Origin: Candidatus Kerfeldbacteria bacterium
Lineage (GTDB): Bacteria > Patescibacteriota > Patescibacteriia > SBBC01 > CAIJZX01
DNA length: 64,000 nucleotides
NCBI GenBank assembly: GCA_963731735.1
Contig: CAVSWO010000002.1
Location: forward strand, 64,529 to 128,528
Direction of reading: 5' to 3'
Positions within the stretch are counted from its first letter, which is position 1; each line of letters starts with the position of its first letter. Under the pieces are notes generated by a model that searched no databases, had not been told where the DNA came from, and saw nothing but the letters and a program-made list of their open reading frames with translations. Positions 58,416 through 64,000 of the stretch are shown piece by piece. The position numbers and the translations under genes were made by a program.

Positions 58416-59148
58416 TAATCTGTCCGCCCCACAGCCAGGCCACGAATCCGCCGGCCATCAAATACGGACCGAAGGCGATCGAACTTTGGCTGCCGGCCCG
58501 CTTGGTCAGGAGCAGCACTATGGCCACCAGGGCGCCGGCAAAATAGGCTAGCATCAATCCCAAACCGAGCATTCTCCAGCCGAGCAAAATCCCGAGCGCC
58601 AGGCCGAGCAAGACATCACCGCTGCCAACCCAACGCCGCCCGGACAACACGAACTGAGCGCCAAAGAAGGCGCCACCGGCCAAAGCGCCAAACACAATAT
58701 CCGTCAGCGATAGTCCGGTCAGCCAAGCCGTCAACAGCGCGGCCACCCCAAAACTGAACGTAAACCCATCCGGAATGACCGACCAACGCGCGTCGTAGAC
58801 CACGATTAAAATCATGGTGCTGACGGTCATCAAAGCGGCCACCACGGCCCAGCTGTTTCCCAAGGCTTGCCAAACCGCTACCCAGCCGAAACCCGACAAC
58901 AATTCAACTAGCAAGTACTGCCAACTCAATCGGCGCTGACAATGCCGACAACGGCCCCGCTGCACCAGGTAGCTAAAAACCGGGATCATTTCCCACCAAG
59001 CCAACGGCGCGTTGCAGTGCGGACAATGCGAGCGGCCGGCTATAAACGATTGCTGGTGCTTGGTCCGCAGAATCACCACGTTTAAAAAACTGCCGACGGC
59101 GATGCCGAACAAGAAGACGATCGGCAGTAATTCTGGACTGGTGAACAT
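58381..59148 (-). CDS. pilD: Prepilin peptidase (A24 family)
   Basis: N-terminal C-x2-C...C-x2-C (CPHCNAPL...CRHCQRRL) zinc-binding domain. Polytopic with conserved Asp residues. Confidence 0.85.
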   Translation of the reverse strand: MFTSPELLPIVFLFGIAVGSFLNVVILRTKHQQSFIAGRSHCPHCNAPLAWWEMIPVFSYLVQRGRCRHCQRRLSWQYLLVELLSGFGWVAVWQALGNSWAVVAALMTVSTMILIVVYDARWSVIPDGFTFSFGVAALLTAWLTGLSLTDIVFGALAGGAFFGAQFVLSGRRWVGSGDVLLGLALGILLGWRMLGLGLMLAYFAGALVAIVLLLTKRAGSQSSIAFGPYLMAGGFVAWLWGGQIIDWYFAHAIFR

Positions 59149-59567
59149 TACCGAATTCCGGTTTTGGTCAACGTGTGTTGGCCGGCGGCTAATGACTGAT
59201 AGCTACGTTCGAGGTGAAAGGTAATCCCAAAGTCATCGCGATCCGGTACCCGGCTGACCGTATACTTAAATTTGCCCGGGTCTTGCAACGTCCCCAAGCC
59301 CGTCAAATCTCCGGCGAAGCTGCAGGCAGTAACCGGGTCGCCGATCGCGCCGCACCCCTCGGCCGCCCCGGAGTAACTGGCCGATTGGGCATGCAGCACC
59401 GCGAAGGCGGCCGCTACCCGGGTCATGTCAGCAATCCGAATCGCATCCCGGGTCTTGGCCCGCTCAATGCTAAGCAGCAAGGAGGCGGCCAGAACAAAGA
59501 CTCCAAACAGGGCCCCAACAATCAGGGTTTCGGCGAAGGTAAAGCCGGGTCGGTGTTTGTTTTGCAT
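59148..59567 (-). CDS. Type IV pilin-like protein
   Basis: Internal Met followed by KHRPGFTFAETLIVGALFGVFVL is a prepilin signal. The upstream 63 codons of the track ORF are unsupported. Confidence 0.6.
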   Translation of the reverse strand: MQNKHRPGFTFAETLIVGALFGVFVLAASLLLSIERAKTRDAIRIADMTRVAAAFAVLHAQSASYSGAAEGCGAIGDPVTACSFAGDLTGLGTLQDPGKFKYTVSRVPDRDDFGITFHLERSYQSLAAGQHTLTKTGIR

Positions 59568-59607
59568 AGGTAGAGTATAGCAAAAAGCGGCTCTATCTGC
59601 ACCTTTG

Positions 59608-61386
59608 TTATGATTGAACAGGCTCGTCACTCGCCAAGATGCGCTTCCGAAGTTGTTCGAGTTCCTCAAGCTGCTCTGTAATAGGTTGACGATTATAATA
59701 TTCGTGAGTGGCGTAAAGACGAAGAACTTGATTGGTAACTTTGAGGGCTTGATCATTCTCCCCTAACCGATAGAGGGTCTGTGCATATTCAAACGCAATA
59801 TCTGGATGAAACATTTTATCAAGTTCATACGCAGTTTGAAAATCTGCTTGTGCATTCACGACTTTTCCCTGAGCCAAACATACCCTTCCTTTGAGAAAAT
59901 ATAGTACATAGTCATAGTGATTAAAACGAATGGCTCGATCAAGTGTCTCGCGGGCGAGATCAAGATCATTATTTTTTCGTCTCGTCAGGCGGGCATAGAT
60001 TTCGATTGCTACATCGTCCCGAAAGGGGAGCAGTTGTTGAGCCTGGAAACCCCGCTCGATTGCCTCTGAATCCCGTGATTGAGAAAAGGCCCGGTTGGCC
60101 GCCTGGCTGGCTTGCCAATCACGAATAATGAATCCACCAAACCCCAAGAGACCAACCGAAATTCCAGCTATCAGGATTCGAGTTCCAATTCGAGCTCCAG
60201 TGAGATGATTCGTTATCGTGTAACGCCCAATCCAGAGTCCAGAAATACACCACCAGGTAATTTGAACGGCCGGAAATTCCCAACTGAAATCAAATCCCGC
60301 ATGTACCGCCACCGCAAGCCAACCAAGCCAAAGACCATATATCCAAGGATACAATCCAGTTGTTTGGGAGTGTTGCACCACGCGCCATCCCATCCAGCCG
60401 ATTAACACAAACGAGCCAATAACGATGATGGTCACCAAGATCCCGGTTTCGGCTAAGAGTTGTGCGTATAAGTCGTGGACATAGAGTGGTTGTTCAAAAA
60501 TTTGATTTGTAAATTGCGGTAGCACTAGCTGAAACGAACCAAGTCCCCAACCTGTCAACGGTTTGGCCAGAAACATTTGCCAAGCATTACGAGTAAACTC
60601 AATCCGCTGTTCAACGCTTTTTGAGCGCAACGCAATGGCGTTGTTGCGGATAGCTGACGGTAGGATCATGGCTGACCCTAAAACCACCAACGTCGCCACC
60701 ACCATTCCAATCCGCTGGCGGTTTTGGTGTCGTAGCGGCCCTCGAACAAGGAAAATAAGCATTGAGGGAAGGCTGGCCATATAGGCCGTCAAGGATCCGC
60801 TAAATACAAATGGGACAAACAATATGCCAAAGCACACATAAGCCCACCATGTTTTTTTCCATTCTGACCATAGAATTGGCACAAGCAACCATACGCCGAA
60901 AAGTAAGTATCCACCTATCGCATTTGCATTTCCCAGTAATCCAGCGGTTCGAGCGGTGTGGGTCGTGAGCTGTAGAATGATTGCGTAGATGGCGCTTGGA
61001 ATTTGCAACCCGATAATTACCCATCCAAGCCCCCGGATAAAGCCAGGTATGGATTGCCAGGAAGCGATCAGGATGAGCATAAAAATTCCGAGAAACCACC
61101 AAATATATTCAGTTAATCCTCGAGTTTGTAGCGCGCCTTGATGAATCGTTGCAATAGCAAGAACAAAAAGCACGCCCAATAGCCAAGCGACCGGTCGCCA
61201 AGGAATCGCTGCATATTGGCGGAGGGTCCAAAGTAATCCTGTCAAGGCTATTACCAGTGTTTCAACACCAATCACCATCCGATCCCACTGACCAGTGAAT
61301 ACAGCCGGCACGCCAAGTACGAGAATCAGACCCGTCAAAACAGGTAGGGGGAGTACTGAGAACTTTGCTTCTACAGAAGTGTCCAT
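59608..61386 (-). CDS. O-antigen-ligase (Wzy_C) family membrane protein with C-terminal TPR repeats; candidate pilin O-oligosaccharyltransferase
   Basis: About 12 TM helices with a large periplasmic-loop region typical of Wzy_C/PglL/TfpO. Three to four C-terminal TPR units (YAQTLYRLGENDQAL...). Immediately downstream of the major pilin gene. Confidence 0.55.
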   Translation of the reverse strand: MDTSVEAKFSVLPLPVLTGLILVLGVPAVFTGQWDRMVIGVETLVIALTGLLWTLRQYAAIPWRPVAWLLGVLFVLAIATIHQGALQTRGLTEYIWWFLGIFMLILIASWQSIPGFIRGLGWVIIGLQIPSAIYAIILQLTTHTARTAGLLGNANAIGGYLLFGVWLLVPILWSEWKKTWWAYVCFGILFVPFVFSGSLTAYMASLPSMLIFLVRGPLRHQNRQRIGMVVATLVVLGSAMILPSAIRNNAIALRSKSVEQRIEFTRNAWQMFLAKPLTGWGLGSFQLVLPQFTNQIFEQPLYVHDLYAQLLAETGILVTIIVIGSFVLIGWMGWRVVQHSQTTGLYPWIYGLWLGWLAVAVHAGFDFSWEFPAVQITWWCISGLWIGRYTITNHLTGARIGTRILIAGISVGLLGFGGFIIRDWQASQAANRAFSQSRDSEAIERGFQAQQLLPFRDDVAIEIYARLTRRKNNDLDLARETLDRAIRFNHYDYVLYFLKGRVCLAQGKVVNAQADFQTAYELDKMFHPDIAFEYAQTLYRLGENDQALKVTNQVLRLYATHEYYNRQPITEQLEELEQLRKRILASDEPVQS

Positions 61387-61456
61387 ATGCTATGGACTAA
61401 GTATACACAATAAAACAAAAAAGGCAGCCAGGCTGCCTTTTTTGCCTACCGTTTAA

Positions 61457-61937
61457 CTACGGACAGCTATTAACACCTGTACATGACTGCTCTGTCGCAG
61501 TTTCTGTGGCGACACCATTACTATTCACGTAGTAATATGGTGTGGCTCCTCCTTCAAGTTGCACGGAGATTAGGAACGCTTTTAAGCCTGCTTCTGCCTT
61601 ATATTTATAGACCGAGAAATCGGCACCTCCTGACGGCGGATTTGGCCAAGCACCCATATAAGTTGGCACTAAACCAGCAATAGATATATCTGCGGTACCT
61701 TGACCACCGGTGTTTACCCGGTTAACGTTTCCGCTTGCGGGGTACTACGCCTACATCGTCATAGTAGAGCACTAGAGCCGTCCGGATTTGCGACAAGTCG
61801 CTCTTACGTTGCGCGTCTCGAGCCTTTTCACGGGCGCCGTTCAGCGAAACCAAACCGATCGCCGACAAAATACCAATGATGGCAATCACGACGAGTAGCT
61901 CGATAAGTGTAAATCCTTTCTTTTGCATTTCGTTCAC
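61457..61937 (-). pseudogene. pilA: Major type IV pilin gene (PilA-like) interrupted by a frameshift
   Basis: ORF 61722..61937 has MNEMQKKGFTLIELLVVIAIIGIL... ORF 61457..61669, in the +1 frame, has a pilin C-terminal domain with a terminal Cys pair (CTGVNSC). The junction sits at a CCCC run. Strong SD AAAGGAGG 8 nt before the ATG. Confidence 0.65.
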
Positions 61938-62053
61938 CTCCTTTCGCTGAGAACAGCGCGAAAACCGAAAAGGTCAGAGATCACGGATCCCCTGATCCCT
62001 ATGCGAATCGATTCTCCCGGCTGTTCGTTAGGTTTTTCATGTTATCCACAAGT

Positions 62054-62082
62054 AGTATAGCACTTTTTCGGCCTGTTGGCGA
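62054..62082 (-). promoter_or_regulatory. Candidate promoter for the major pilin gene (TCGCCA-17-TGcTATACT, extended -10)
   Basis: Reverse complement reads tcgccaacaggccgaaaaagTGcTATACT, giving a ~120-nt 5' UTR with palindromic elements. Confidence 0.35.
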
Positions 62083-62094
62083 CCGTTATTTTCC

Positions 62095-63306
62095 TCAATT
62101 AATCGCGCTTGAAAGGTTATACAGCGGCAGCAGGACGGCCATCACGATCACCGCCACCGCACCGCCCATGACGACCAAAATCAACGGTTCGATAATACTG
62201 ACTAGGTTCGCCACCAAGTTTTCGAGCTCCTTGGCGTAAAATGCCGACAATTTGTCTAATATCAGGTCGAGTTTCCCGGTTTGTTCGCCGACGATCATCA
62301 TTTGGGGCAACATTGGGGGGACAACTTTACTTTGGACAAAGACCGTGGCAATCGAGTTTCCGGCCTCGACTTCAGTAATCGTCTGTAACGTCAGTTCGCG
62401 GTACAAGACGTTGCCGATCACGTCTGACACAATCTCCAGCGAACGGGTAACCGGAATACCGCTGGCGACCAAGGTCGAGAAGCTGCGTGAAAATCGAACC
62501 AGATAAATTTTTTGGAAAATTTGTCCGAAAACCGGCAAGTGAAATTTAATGTTATCCCACTGCCGCCGACCAGCCGGTGTATGGATATAAAATCGTACCA
62601 AAAACGCGCCAATCCCGATCAGGGCAATCAGCAACCACCAATAATTCGTAAGGAAACTGCTGATCCCAATCAAAATCTTGGTGGCCACCGGTAATTCCGC
62701 GCCACCGGCTTCCAGAGCATCCGTCAATTTCGGGATGACGAAGATCATCATTAACGTTCCAATGATAACCATCGCCCCTAAAATGAAGGACGGGTAAATC
62801 ATGGCGCCGCGAATCTTCTGGTCCAGGTCATAATCTTTTTCCTGCTGGTCGGCCAAGTAGTTAAGGGTTTCATCAAGTTTCCCGGTCGTTTCACCGGACC
62901 GAACCATGTGAATGAAGAAATCCGTAAAGGCCTGCGGATAGCGGGCCAAACTGGCCGATAATCGCGCGCCGCCGTCAACTTCATCGGCAATTTCGGAAAT
63001 AATGATTTTGAAGGTGATGTTGGTGGTTTGTTTGACCAGGATGCGAAGGGCCTGCACGATCGGGACGGTGGCCGAAATCATCACCGCCAATTGCCGGGCA
63101 AACAGGACCACGTCCTTTTTTGGCACCCGGTTAAAGAAACCGAGTGACGATTGGAATATCGTCAGGTGCTTTCGCTCTTTGAGGGAAACCACGATCAATT
63201 CACGCTCTTTGAGCGTATCCTGGGCCACCGCCTCACTCGGCGCCTCGACGGCGCCCGTTACGGATGTCCCCTCAGGGTCTTTGGCTTTGTAATCGTAGAC
63301 TGGCAT
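62095..63306 (-). CDS. pilC: Type IV pilus inner-membrane platform protein PilC (GspF family)
   Basis: 403 aa. Two GspF repeats and three TM segments. Confidence 0.85.
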   Translation of the reverse strand: MPVYDYKAKDPEGTSVTGAVEAPSEAVAQDTLKERELIVVSLKERKHLTIFQSSLGFFNRVPKKDVVLFARQLAVMISATVPIVQALRILVKQTTNITFKIIISEIADEVDGGARLSASLARYPQAFTDFFIHMVRSGETTGKLDETLNYLADQQEKDYDLDQKIRGAMIYPSFILGAMVIIGTLMMIFVIPKLTDALEAGGAELPVATKILIGISSFLTNYWWLLIALIGIGAFLVRFYIHTPAGRRQWDNIKFHLPVFGQIFQKIYLVRFSRSFSTLVASGIPVTRSLEIVSDVIGNVLYRELTLQTITEVEAGNSIATVFVQSKVVPPMLPQMMIVGEQTGKLDLILDKLSAFYAKELENLVANLVSIIEPLILVVMGGAVAVIVMAVLLPLYNLSSAIN

Positions 63307-63307
63307 A

Positions 63308-64000
63308 CTATCGAATCAGGGTTTTCAACTGGTTAGGATCCTGGGCATGGGGCAGCGCGTCTTCGATCACAATCACGTTGTCCCGGACTAATTGTGCCAG
63401 TTGTCGGTCAAAAGACACAAGCCCCGGCTGTCGGGAAGTTTGGAGTACGTTGGCTAACTGTACCAGCGCCCCGTCACGGAGCACGGCTCGGACCGGCTGG
63501 GTCGGGATCATGACTTCCACCACCGGCACGACTCCGCCGCCGACGCGCGGCAGCAGTTTTTGCGTGATAATGCCGGCTAAAACATTGGCCAGCTGGGCGC
63601 GCGCCTTGGCCACTTCAGTCGACGGAAAACTGTTCAGAATTTTTTCAATCGTGCCGAGCACCGAGTCAGTGTTCATGGTTGAAATCACCAGCCGGCTAGC
63701 TTCAGCCGCGTCAAGCATGGCGGTGATTTCTTCACGGCTTTCGGCTTCCGAGACCACGATCACATCAACGTCATCCCGGTTAGCGGCGCGAATGGCTTGT
63801 TCGGTACTTAGCGCGTCGCGACCGATTTCGCGCTGCTCAATAATACTTTGGTTATTGACGAACAGGTGCTCGATCGGATGCTCGATGGTTACGATATTCA
63901 GGGTTCGGCTTTCATTCATGTCATTAATCAGGGCGTTCAGGGTGGTCGTTCGTCCAGATCCGTACGGTCCGGTCACCAGCACCAATCCTTTATTGAGTTT
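63308..64000 (-). CDS. pilT: Type IV pilus retraction ATPase PilT-like (C-terminal part; gene continues beyond the window)
   Basis: Walker A GPYGSGRTTTL, Asp box, His box, and a PilT-type C-terminus (GLVSFDRQLAQLV...). The ORF is open at the window edge. Confidence 0.75.
   Translation of the reverse strand, partial: KLNKGLVLVTGPYGSGRTTTLNALINDMNESRTLNIVTIEHPIEHLFVNNQSIIEQREIGRDALSTEQAIRAANRDDVDVIVVSEAESREEITAMLDAAEASRLVISTMNTDSVLGTIEKILNSFPSTEVAKARAQLANVLAGIITQKLLPRVGGGVVPVVEVMIPTQPVRAVLRDGALVQLANVLQTSRQPGLVSFDRQLAQLVRDNVIVIEDALPHAQDPNQLKTLIR

Noticed and set aside
1-64000. CRISPR arrays, integrases, transposases, restriction-modification or toxin-antitoxin pairs
   Set aside because: Looked for direct-repeat/spacer periodicity and for recombinase/transposase motifs in all ORFs of at least 60 aa. 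None found. The only repeats are the short palindromes upstream of tuf and the protein-level paralogy at 16597-18465.

Overview
This is a gene-dense, high-GC (roughly 58-60% by eye) bacterial chromosomal segment, coded almost entirely on the minus strand.

The core is a ribosomal supercluster. On the minus strand it runs rpsL-rpsG-(3 inserted genes)-fusA-(3 inserted genes)-tuf-rpsJ-rplC-rplD-rplW-rplB-rpsS-rplV-rpsC-rplP-rpmC-rpsQ-rplN-rplX-rplE-rpsZ-rpsH-rplF-rplR-rpsE-rplO-secY-adk-map. There is no rpmD (L30) between rpsE and rplO, and infA/rpmJ/rpsM/rpsK/rpoA are not downstream. Together with several extended r-proteins, a type IV pilus locus, and a compact GatCA/LigA/Ndk housekeeping set, this fits a Candidate Phyla Radiation (Patescibacteria)-like genome. 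That placement is inference.

Other content:
- A P2-type cation ATPase and an NRAMP transporter.
- A polysaccharide module: exonuclease, a secreted hydrolase-like protein, a processive GT2 synthase with a QxxRW motif, and a GH18 chitinase carrying two CBM5/12 chitin-binding repeats.
- Two tRNAs, Lys-UUU (minus) and Pro-GGG (plus), each next to a low-GC islet.
- DnaB, YbaB and RecR.
- Tandem paralogous secreted proteins that share a Cys-rich N-terminal module.
- A DEAD-box helicase.
- An XRE-family regulator.
- A type IV pilus cluster: PilT (partial), PilC, major pilin, a Wzy_C-TPR protein, four pilin-like genes, and PilD.

Several sigma70-like promoters and intrinsic terminators can be read directly.

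Three genes (MYG1-like, histidine phosphatase, major pilin) are split by single frameshifts. Two of the three shifts sit at G/C homopolymer runs, so sequencing indels are a live alternative to genuine pseudogenes.

No CRISPR array, integrase or transposase is visible.
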